This document shows, piece after piece, positions 1 to 11,700 of a stretch of 64,000 nucleotides of DNA (within the stretch, counting starts at the first letter, position 1; each line of letters begins with the position of its first letter). Under the pieces are notes generated by a model. The model had not been told where the DNA came from, searched no databases, and was given only the letters and a program-made list of their open reading frames with translations. A program made the position numbers and the translations under genes. The DNA is from Phoronis australis. Taxonomy: Eukaryota > Animalia > Phoronida. The stretch lies in the NCBI GenBank assembly GCA_002633005.1, contig NMRA01000389.1, forward strand, positions 124,001 through 188,000. Reading direction: 5' to 3'.

Positions 1-880
1 AATGGTATTTGTCCCGCTGTTTTACTGTAGATCTTTTAAATATACTATAGAATTTTCTTTTATGAAACTCTTTTCAGCATATCAGAAGGGTCAAAATATT
101 TTGAAACTTACTATTAGGAGCAAATAATGATAAATCAAACTCTTAAACTTTTAGTTGTAATGGTGATGACAAATACTGTGAAATCACTTGTTTGACGGAA
201 GTATTTGTGAAATTTTATTGCACTTAAGCAGCTTACGTCAAGTTTCAGCATTGCGCTGTTCCAGAATTGAAACCAGTTAAAACTGCGCTCTTTTCTGTTT
301 AGCTGTCTGATAAAACACAATCAGTACTAGTCCATCTCACAATTTACTTGTCATCATGAGGCTTAAGTTTATTTCTCTTAATTTCAACTGAATGTTGAAA
401 CTCTTGTCATCATGCCGATGAAATTAATTAATTTTCCAATTTGATTTTGCTTAATTGGGCTGCTTATTGACTTCAAATTTGAGTAATAAATGAAAGGGAA
501 GCACACCTTTTACTTTCTTGACCAACAAGCACTACTGGCAAAGCTGGACAAATGGTACAGTGGTTCTAGTTTGTGTCAATGTTTTCCAAACTGTGATGAA
601 ATCTCTCTGTCTGGTTGGATCGAACTAGTGACAGTTTCACTGTGTTCTGTTTTGGTATTGCTTCAGCTGCACTATAGTTGGTTGTGTAACACTTCAGGTT
701 TTTGTTCACGTGAATGGCATACTAGTACTGTTGTTGAAAATTGGTGTGGACGAGATGTGTTCCCTGATTATCAAAAAAAAAACGGTTTGTATTTATAAAA
801 CACAGTGAGAAATATTAACAATATCACATGCTTTCTTAGATTTTCCTTCTATTCATTCACATTGCCATCATACATTTTAG

Positions 881-3800
881 AGAACGTATCTCCCTTACAA
901 AGACAAAAGTTTTGTGTATCCCGTGATGGTGTACTTTCACGGAGGCCATTTTGTAAGAGGCGCTGCTCAGGAATACCCAGGGTTTATCTTGACTCAGTAC
1001 AATGTTGTGTTGGTCACTGTCAGCTATAGATTAGGTGCACTTGGTGAGTATGGCTAATGAAAGGAAGTACCATAAAGCTTTTAAAGGAGGCTCGGTTATT
1101 GAGACAAGTTGTCTGAAATATTAGCAATGTCTTTTGTGCATTTGGCACATTGGAGAAAGCGATTTAGTACTGTTTGTCGTCGCAGTTTTGACCTAGCAAG
1201 TAAACATAAGTCAAATCTGAAGCAGATAGGAAGTTGGAGGCATTTCTGTATCTGTGCGACATAATTGAATTCAAGTGTTATAAACTGTGAATGCATTGTT
1301 TTTATTATGCCATTCAAAACACAAAGACGTTCATTTATATCCAGTCATATGGACAAACTCTGTTTACAAAGTCTATGATACATGGATTTAAACTTGTCAT
1401 GAAGGCATCACACTCTTGTTGAATCTTATTGTCAACACTTAGAGGTTGTTAGATGTTGAAATCTGGTTAGGTCTTCGTTCATCGCATCGGATCAACTGTT
1501 TCTTGGTTTTCTTGGCAAATCACACAACATACTGGAATGAGGCGGATTCAGGAATGTGACTATAGCCGAGTAATTTCAATGACATTGGAGTTGAGCAGGG
1601 AACCAGTCATGCCTTATGTGTTTTGACAGCAACTTTAATACAAGACTTGAACTGTTTGTAGGATTTCTGTCAACAGAAGATGAGAATGCTAAAGGCAATT
1701 ATGGCCTGATGGACCAGTATGCTGCCTTGGAGTGGATAAAGACGCACATATCAAAGTTCAAAGGTGACAGAAACTCTATTACAGTTGTAGGGGAAGATGC
1801 AGGCGCAGTGTCCATAGGTCTGCAGATGGTGTCACCATGGAATGTAAACCGACCAGGTGAGTGATGTTTTGTTTGTTAGGTGTAAGGGGACGTTGGTTGC
1901 AATAATCAACCTGGCGTTTCCTACTTGGTTGAAATCTTTTTTGGTTGATAGTAATTTTACCATTGATGAAACATCTTCACTCCTGTGGGTGTTTTTATTA
2001 TGGTTGGCCAACTGTTGAAAAGTACTCAACCTTTGCTTTTTAAAACTGTAATACGATAATTTTTTGCTAGTGCATTCTCTCAGTTTCTACTTTGTTTAAA
2101 ACTGCTGCACTTGTCTGGTAAATCATATTCCTTGGGCACAAAGCAGTCATGTTTATTCATTTAGAAAAAATTCCTCCCAGTATGTCTCTTAATCAATGTC
2201 ATTTTTACTTTACAATTTTTTCCCAAAATGAGGCGCATTCATCCACTTTTGCAATGTCTTCGTTATAATAAGTGCTTTTGTTTTTTCTTTCAGTCTCTGA
2301 AAGATTATTCCATCGAGCAATTCTTATGAGTGGATCTGATATGTGTGAGTGGGCCGTTGTTCAAAAAACTTCACGCTGGGGACCGAAAAACTTTGCGCAA
2401 GAGTTAGCCCGAGACCTTGGCTGTTCGACTAGAAACACCAAGGACATGATGAGATGTTTAAGGCTGTACAGAGACCATGATGAGATTGTGAATGCATCTC
2501 TGTTGATACCAAGAAGGGTTTGTGTTTCATAATCTGGAGATGAATAATACCATAATATTCTTTACAACACATGTTGCTCAGAAATCACCAGATGGCATTA
2601 CGTGCAGTCATGCGAAATTCATATAATGGTCGTCTGTGTTCACTAGGTGACACTGATGCATAAGGTACCCTCTTTTTGTGATTTGAGTACACTGAGAACT
2701 AAGAGTTGTGTACCAGTTTTTGTGTTATAAATGTTCCAGGTTTAATACACAAACAGGACAGGTAAATTGCGACATCAAGTGAATTTCGAGTTCCTCCCAA
2801 GGCCTCGATCACAGATCACATCTTTCAGTGACACAAAATTGTGGAAGATTTATCAAATGAAATAAACAATATTTTTATGCACGTGTTTGCATTCACTTGC
2901 ATACACAGAGGTTCTGTGGCCCAGTAATTTATTGTAAACCATCTTCCCCTCAAGCTTTGTAACCTGGTCTCTTAAATCAGTTGTCATTCTGTGCAGTTTT
3001 ATTATCAAGTTGATTAATAAGTATTCCGTAATTTGAAACTTGTTATAACAATTTGAAATATTTGAAATTAAAAAAATCTTCATAATGAACACTGGGAGTG
3101 AGATTTTTGACGTGTAAGAATTTTAGTAAATCACAGCGTGCTATACTATCATAAACAGTCCTTTGGCTAAGTGGTGGGCTCACAAAAAAAGGTAATTGCG
3201 TCTTCAGTCATAAATCATGAAATAAATTCCTGCGTTTAATGATTCCTTTTTGGCATTCCAAAGAATATCATAATGACCGTGGTGAAAATCAATTAATGGT
3301 TGACAATACCCATCTTTATGTCATTACTGATGATTCACTGAGTATTGTTACACTGTAGGAGGGTGCTGCTGCTGGCCCCTTTGCCCCTGTGGTTGATGGA
3401 GAGGGTGGATTTCTGCCTAAGCTTCCTTTGGAGTTGCGACAAGAGAATCATTTCATGCCCATAAAGGTACTTGGTGGTGTGAACAGAGGGGATGGAGCAT
3501 TTGAAGCCAAGGCAGACCTGCAAGATGGTAAGACTGTCCTACTTGCTTGGCTTATTGGAATGTTAGTTTAACATTACGTTTAGGTAATGTGGCTATTATC
3601 TTGGGACATTCCCCTTCATGCAGTGGTGAGTGTCGTGAAATAAGGAAAGTTAAAACTTATAGAATAGAATAAAACTCCTAGGTATTATTTTTGGCTTATA
3701 AACTGCTTTATTCTTATTTATTTATATTATTTTATTTTACTTTCAAGTCTTTTTGACCCGCTTACGTGGCAATTAATATTAATATTTCGTATATTGAACG

Positions 3801-6800
3801 TGTTTTTGCCACAGTGGCACAGTTTTATCATGATCAGTGCAAAGTTTACAGTGCATGCATACCTATCGGGTACACACAAGTTTTTAACTTCATTTCAATG
3901 ACTTTCAGTTTTTGTAGCCAGAACAAGACTCTTTAGTGTATGATACAAGCAATTGTTGAAATAAGATTTTTGAAATTATTTTAATGTGCTCTCATTCTTG
4001 TTCACTCACAAACATTTGTATTGCTTCTTTTAATGTTGGTTAAAAAGCATCCAGCTAATTTTTTGCAAAAGAAATTTGGGATCATAATATTTATTGTTCT
4101 TGACTAACCAAATATGGCCCGATTGCAGCTGTCTTAATTTACTATTGCTTTTTCACATCGATCTAACACATTAATTCATTAAATTTAACATGCTGAAATG
4201 CTGTGTACTCTTTAATTGTTTTCTTACAGTCGGAATAACAGATGGCAGTGGAGGTATCACCCTGGAGGAGCATAAAAAGATCTTGTATCGCTACGCCAGA
4301 AGTCGGCATGTTTATGACTGGGAGTATGTTCCCAAAGTGTTGGAAACGGAGTACACATACTGGCCACAACCTGATAATGATACAGCAAGATTACAAATGG
4401 TCATTGATGTAAGACATATGAAGAAAATGCACTTATTAAGAAATATGAACATTTATAAATTCTTGTAGAAAAATAGTCGTCAATTTTTTCCGATACTAGT
4501 GCAGCCAACTGGCTCCTATTCTTATCCTATAGATGAAGCCAGTCAACTCTGCTGTATTGTTGAAAATATTCAAGTGAGTTTCTAGATCTGGTTTATGTAT
4601 TTTGGTATGGAATTCTTCACCTGGAGTACATTCTGTGGATCAAAGACACTTGCGAGAAAAATTGGTGTTATCAGATCATTTTCTTGTAATGTGTGGCGAT
4701 GTCTCGCAAAGACTTGCCTGATATAGTGTCTTCGCGAGATTCTTGTGCAGCCCTGGATGAAGAATGATATCCATCATCTATTCATTTAGAATGTGTTCTT
4801 TTATTTAGACTTTGTGGAACAATGCATTTAAAGTGATAAATCGATCTTTTAAAAATATAAGTCACATTTTGTCAACTATTTTAATGTCATATGGCTATTG
4901 GTAATGATCGGTGCCATGCCAAAATACATGTGATTGGAAAAATTAGTAGTGTTGATTTTTGTTGTTTCTATATTGCACACTTATCTTCCTTAGATGTATT
5001 CTGACTCTCTATATGGATATGGTGTGGACTGGACTATCAAGGCGCATGCTCGTAAAAACACCTGCTTCTTCTACGAGTTCATTTGGAGATCCCAGTATTC
5101 TAACTTCTCTGAATGGATGGGTATATTTATGTTTCACTACTCTCTAAATCAATGTCACATAGGAGTAATATTGTCAAGTGTTGAAGTTCATGTCCTAAAA
5201 TTCAACCATTTTTTGGTTGAAAGTTAATGAATTCATTTCTGATGACTTTCTAGTCATTGTGACTTGTACCTGCAGCAAGGGCAGATTGAATTAATGTATT
5301 CTCAAGTGTGTGTTCTGTGGCCACTTTAGACACCAAAGTGTCTTAGCAACAGGAGCCAAGACAACATAACACATTGTTTCTGCTCATACATGGGCCATTT
5401 GTTTCCAGAAGATTTCAAACTAGGCATATACACGGATCCCATTCTGTTTCAAGGCACATATCTTGACAGTGTCACATGTACAGCATTATGATACTGAATT
5501 AGAGTGTAGTCTCTTGTGATGCAATTTGTGGACACCTGATATAGACAAATAACTTAGTATTCATATGTGTTCAAACTGCTATAATAATATTTGTGTATTA
5601 AAGGCGTTATGGGCATGGTTGAGACATTTTGAAAGTGTAATCAACATTTTTCGAATTGTTCATAACAAAATATTGTCGTCAAATTATATCACAGTAACTG
5701 TATGATCAGTATCAAAAAATTGCTTGTCACTTGCAGTTTTCCCCTACATAGGCTTTTTTGTGCAAGTTCTACTGCTCAATTAAGTAATTAACAGGTGCTG
5801 TGATGACTTTGTGTTTTCCGAATGCTTCTGTATATAATTCAATGTTTTGGTGAATGTGCAGCAAGTTTTTAAGTTGAGAGTAGCCACTGGTGTTTCTTTT
5901 GTGCCCGGAGACCTGATACTGCATTTTTTTGGCTACAGATTGTTGAACCAATCAATGGCCAGCACACTAATGGTGCAGTCTTTCATATTGGCAAAGATTT
6001 TATAGTTACTAGTAGTAGTATCTTTGATACTGGTATTTCTTGTTTTTAGGTGTTGTGCACGGGGACTTGATACAATATTTATTCGGATACCCGTTCTTGA
6101 ACCAAACAACCACCAACACAACAGGTCTAGAGATGTACATCAAGTATGATGAGATGGATAAGAACATTAGCACAAAGATTATGACTCTCTGGATTAATTT
6201 TGCACAATACGGGTAAGTTACGACTCCTGTGTGTCAACTCTTTGTTAACTGTTTTGCAGTTGTAAACTTTTAGCAGAAATGTGGTAGCGAAAGTTCAGTT
6301 GTTGTTAAAGCAATGTTTGGAGTTGGGTAAATGTCACCATTCTACCGCTATTATATGTAGCCTTCAATATGACCTAGTGGTTTTCGCGTGACCCATTTAT
6401 TGAAAACATGGTGGGTATTGCAGAACAGTTTGTTTACACTGAGTTCACAAATTGGTAGAAGACACCATAGCACTGTCTGTTTACAACATTTATACCAGGG
6501 GTTTTGATAGTGTGTGTTAACTTGTAAACAAGCACTAGTGTTGTTTGTCTTCAACACATTTTGCCTACAGGGGGGTTGTTGCTTAGCTATTTTTATGTTG
6601 AGTCATGTATAAATATTGGTATCAAGATAACCACATGCCAAGTTGAATGGGTGTGTGATGTTGAGTGTGCAAAATAGTTGCTATAATTTTACCTGCTTGT
6701 CTGTGATCTGACAACAAACGCATTTTAAAAGTATTAATTAGGATTTTCTGAGTGCCCTTGTTACATTTATATCATATTCACCTCCTTCCTTGCACTCAAG

Positions 6801-8025
6801 TTGTCACTGAGCACAGACACTCAAGAGATATCTGAGAGATAACTAGTCCATATTTTATAGTACACCAGTGAACACAACTCAGACTTCACAACTGAGAATC
6901 TGCTGCATAAACCATAGTCATTTTTCAGCTGTGTACTTCTTTCGTCCGTTACAAAAAATGTTAAAGCTTGGAAGAGAACATGAAGAAGTACTGTTTATAT
7001 CTTTCAGGGAGCCTACACCATTTGATCGCAAGACATACTATGAATGGGAGCTGATTCGTAATGCAACTTGGTATCATTTTGATTTGATCAATCTGACTTA
7101 TTTAGAGATTGATGACAATAGCACCAACTACAAAAACTACAGACAGGACCACTATGCATTTTGGAGGACGTGGTTTCCAAAGCTTGTGAATAAATGGCCA
7201 GGTATGACATTCGGCGCGGTGCACTATTGGTTTAATCAGATCATAAAGAGTTGTATGACACATACATCTGACTGTGAAAATGCAGAGACCCTAAAAATTC
7301 TCTTTTTCATGCTCTTCAGAGCTCCACTCATTTTTGATACTACGTCATTAGATATTTCATGCAGACAGTTTCTTGAGTGTGTATCTTCTCTTTTCTCTTA
7401 CACACTTTTTCAATGTTCCTTTTACAATATTCAGTCGATCCGCATTACAACAAACCTCTTTGAGACTTTTCTGAAGTGTTTCTTTGCTGCAAGCAGCTTG
7501 GCTTAATTCGTCATCGCATAAGTTGTCACTAATGGACTTGTGTTGTTGTTTTTGTGACAAGTATGATCATGACACCTTGAGTTGATGCAAGGTAGTGCTC
7601 ATTAAAACAATAAATATTATAAAGACCTATCAGTCAAAGGCAGGCTTCATTTCTGTAAAAAATAATGCGCCTAATTGCAGAGGTAAGGTGCATCGCCAAT
7701 ATATCAAACTTTTGAGTAAAAATATCTTGCAGAAAATATAGTGTGTAGGTTGGGACATGCAAAATGAATGTAGGTTGTGACACAGTTTGACTGTATTTGG
7801 TGCATGTCTACTGTCATTTGTGACATGTCTCTTTCTGTTACAGATGCAACTACCTTAGGACCTACTCCTCCAGGTCGAGCCATTTATGAAACTACAACAT
7901 GGATCATGGTGTCTGTCTGCGTGATTCTTATAATTATTGTAGCCTGTTTAGGTATCGCAATTTGTTATAAAAATTCCAAGAGATACGGAGATGCCAATAC
8001 TGACTTTGACCTGGATAAGTTTTAA
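881..8025 (+). CDS. Carboxylesterase/cholinesterase-like (neuroligin-like) single-pass membrane protein, paralog A; 5' exons lie upstream of the window; catalytic Ser absent
   Basis: Nine GT-AG exons with consistent phases: 881-1043, 1662-1856, 2294-2517, 3359-3527, 4230-4408, 4994-5120, 6050-6212, 7008-7201, 7844-8025 (1596 nt, ends TAA). COesterase motifs: PVMVYFHGG, SYRLGALGFL, GNYGLMDQ, GEDAG, LFHRAILMSGS, FAPVVDG, VHGD, W-x-NFA-x-x-G. C-terminal TM segment WIMVSVCVILIIIVACLGIAIC. Confidence 0.93.
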
Positions 8026-8427
8026 TTGGCTTAAAGTAGGTCTGTAATATCAACATTCCAAACTTAAAATCATTGTTGAATCTCACTGTAAATATCTCAT
8101 CAATCAACATTGTATTGTATTGTATTTTGTACATCCACAAAACACTGTCTGTGTTGTCCCAGATGAAACATTCCTCTTCCATTAGTTGGATGTGAGAAAC
8201 ATCCTTCCTTTGCTTTCTAGCTACTTTTGTAGTACTGTTGCACTCTATACAGTGTGCTACATTTACTGCCGGAGATTCCAAGTGGAGTTAATGTATGAAA
8301 TTATATATTTAATTTTATTACGCGAGTAAGTGTAACCTAATCTTTTCTAATTATGTTCTGGTGAAGAGATGGTTGAGACAGCTTTTGTGTGATGTTATGA
8401 AATTTTCATGGTCTTATAATGTGTCGT

Positions 8428-8828
8428 AATTGCAGATTAATTTCATATCACCTCATTCCATTTGTGATGGTCAAATTGCAGATTAATTTTATATTACGCC
8501 ATTCCATTTGTGAGGATCAAATTGAAGATTCCATTTGTGATGGATACCGGTATTTATAATTACATGTTGTACCAGACATGCTCAGGCCACCCACTGTACT
8601 GATCACCTGGAACCATTTTTATGCTTTATTAATATACAGTTAAAACAGAGTTGAGGAGCTAGAGACCTGACTTAGTGTCAAGCAGTGTACCCCAGTGGGA
8701 CTTCAACCCATGAACTTGAGTATAGAAGGCGCCTCTTAACCCACTAGGCCACACTGCCTCTTTTTGTGATGGTCAAATAGTGGATTTATTCCATATTTCC
8801 ACATTACCTCATACCATTTGTGATGGTC
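8428..8828. repeat. Degenerate ~46-bp minisatellite in the presumed 3' UTR of paralog A, interrupted by a SINE-like element
   Basis: Recurrent unit aattgcagattaattt..attccatttgtgatggtca at ~8428, ~8475 and ~8520, resuming at ~8762-8828. Confidence 0.65.
8545..8760 (-). mobile_element. tRNA-derived SINE-like element
   Basis: Minus strand begins GAGGCAGTGTGGCCTAGTGGGTTAAG (A box), followed by GGTTGAAGTCCC (degenerate B box). No complete cloverleaf. tttgtgatgg is present on both sides. Confidence 0.6.
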
Positions 8829-8864
8829 TTTAAAAAGCATAGCTGTTCAGTGTTCTCTTACAAT

Positions 8865-8870
8865 AATAAA
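8865..8870 (+). terminator. Putative polyadenylation signal of paralog A
   Basis: AATAAA followed by T/GT-rich sequence about 840 nt after the stop codon. Confidence 0.45.
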
Positions 8871-11700
8871 AATACAATTTTGCTTTTTATGGTATTGTAT
8901 TTCTCTATGCATGCAACAGAAATGTAGAATACATACTTGTTTGCTGCAACAAAGTGGCATGCAAATTCAATAACAAAGAAAACATCTCTGCTTTGGAGGG
9001 TTGCATGGTATTACCTACAACAAAGCAAACCTCTAAGTTTGAGTTATAAATGCAAAGTATAAGGAGCATCTGCAAATTGCAACAGAACACACTGTGAAAC
9101 CCTTGAGTTTGAAGACCTTTGTCGTTCAATGCAACTTGAACAGAAAACTAGACACAGAATTCATCTTTGTTTAGGTCTAGCATGTTCAAACTGAAAACCT
9201 GTGGGCATTACGCAAAGCCTGTACATTAAAAACGGAACCATAAGTTAGTAATGAATTAGGGTGGATGTTAATGACAAGAGAGTTGTACTTGTCTAACCCA
9301 CTTCTCAAGCGCACATTAAAATTAAAAAATTGACAACGCACTGCTTGTGAGTTGAAACTAAGTGAGCTGTATGGGTTACATAAGCACCAGCTAACATTCA
9401 TGAACACATGGTTCTTTAAAAAACCAAAATCCTAAACATTACAAATTGAGGATGACCATAACACCAGTTCCAGAAAATCATAGGATTGGTGTTTACCCGA
9501 ACATAGACGCTAATCCAAACAAGTACTGTAATGTCAAATTTAAGGGGACAACACGTTTTTGAAATAGGTGATAGTTGAGCAAGAGAAATTATAAAAACAC
9601 TAAAGAGTAAAAAAACAATGAAGTGTTTATTAAGCGTTTCTGCAAACAGGTATATAATACACAATTTTAAGGAGATGAATCATGTGACTGACGTCTTGCC
9701 TGATGTTCAGTTATTAAAGCTTGCTATGAGTCAAGTATATACATAGACTCTTGACACAAAGCACACTACCTGATTTTCACTGGAATGCAGACTAGGGAAT
9801 CAATTTCAAGTGACAACTTTCACATAAACATTCAACAAAGATGTAATCAATAAAATATGTAGAAATATGAATATTTTATATTCAATATTTGGAATGTCAG
9901 CATTTAATATAAAAATATAAGGTCATAAAATAATATTACAAAATTATGGTCACATCTGGAACATTGGTATTTTTAGAGAAAAAGTATTACATACTGGAAA
10001 ATAGTTACATATACAAACAATGTATAATATACACATTACAAATACAATATACACATTACAAATACAATATACACAATGGCCGTTTTCAGCTGCAACTATA
10101 AATCAAAGTCAACACAAGTAGTCAATCATTGCAGTTGAACCATTGACCTTTGAACCCAAATATGGACTGACCATGGTACAGACAAGGTTTAGTGCATCCA
10201 TGTAGTTGCAAAAACTTTTGATTAATATGTGATACTACCAAAATAATCAACAAGCTGTAGTTAAATATGATTTTAACATAATAATGATAATAACAATAAT
10301 ACCTGTCACAATTTACATTGGTTTACTACATAAAGAACTTATTTGATTCATGCACACCAAGGCCTTCATCAACCAGCTAGTATTCACATGCATGCTTCAG
10401 TACCTGGTTCAATACCTATGTCTTCTACTTGGGATGACCATTGTTAAGTATAGTTTGAGAACTGAAAACAGCCAACACATTCTCCATGAAAAGCCTAGTC
10501 TAAATAATTACCTGGAATGTCAATCCTTATTGAGACTCATGTATGGAACAACACCAAATCTCTACAGAAACCGCAAGAATATGTATTCGCGTAGCTAACA
10601 GTGCAGCTGGTGCCAAAACATCCAAATGCCACTTTTCACAAAAATTGTTAGTTTGGGAATACAAGAGAATACAGAAAGAAACATTTTCCCTGACAATTTC
10701 AGACAGGACATGAGCATGACAAAATTTAATGAACAGACTTTTTGACAGACTAATTTTAGAATAGCATTTGGAGTTTTCACACTACATGTGATGTTATGCA
10801 AACATATCGAAGAAGACGACACAGCGGAAAATTGCAAACAAAGTACTGCACACACACACAGTCATGTAAAATTCAACACACCAGTGGCTTCAATCAGTCA
10901 ACCAAAAACAATAACTTGTTTTCAGGGTTAACATTATAAATACTCTACGGTTCTACATCTAAAAAAACAACATCTATGATCCAATATAAAAATAAACAAA
11001 GCTCTCAAACTACATACTTCATTCTCTGCTTATTCATAAATTGGTCATAATAGAACCAAGGCACTCACTACACATCTATGAGTGAGTGTTACGCAAATCA
11101 ATGAAATCTCATGCAAATTGGCAACCAGGGGTCAATTATTGCCAGTCAGCTGATAACGAGTTTAGTTTACACACCCACAAAAAGGAGGGATAATTCTGTA
11201 GATGCAGGAATGTCACAAGACACAAGCGTACACTAACAAAATGGTGACCACTCGGGTGACTGATAAATGAAGTTGAAATTATTATGGATTGGGAAATCAA
11301 TGATTCTGTTCCATAAGCAAAGATTTCTTGCCGAATGTGTTTTTGGGTAATGACTTGAGTCTACATAATACCATAATGACTTCCTGCAGGTTTCCCAGAT
11401 CTGATAGATGACTTGCGTAAGATTACTTATATACAACCTAACTGTGGCAAGTTAATTCGCATAAAAATCTGTTTCCAGATTAAGCAAATCCTGATTATTA
11501 GATTTAGATGGCACAATCTCCAACAAGCATACCCTCATTTTTTCTACATCTAGTCAGAACTTTTTACCAAGCAGGTAGAACTAGTCGTTCTTTTGGTATC
11601 ATGTCAATTGATGAATGGCTATGTTGAATACATGCAAACTACACTGTCTATTCAGCACCAAGATCTACGCATGACTACCACTAGCTAAGACAAGCTCATA

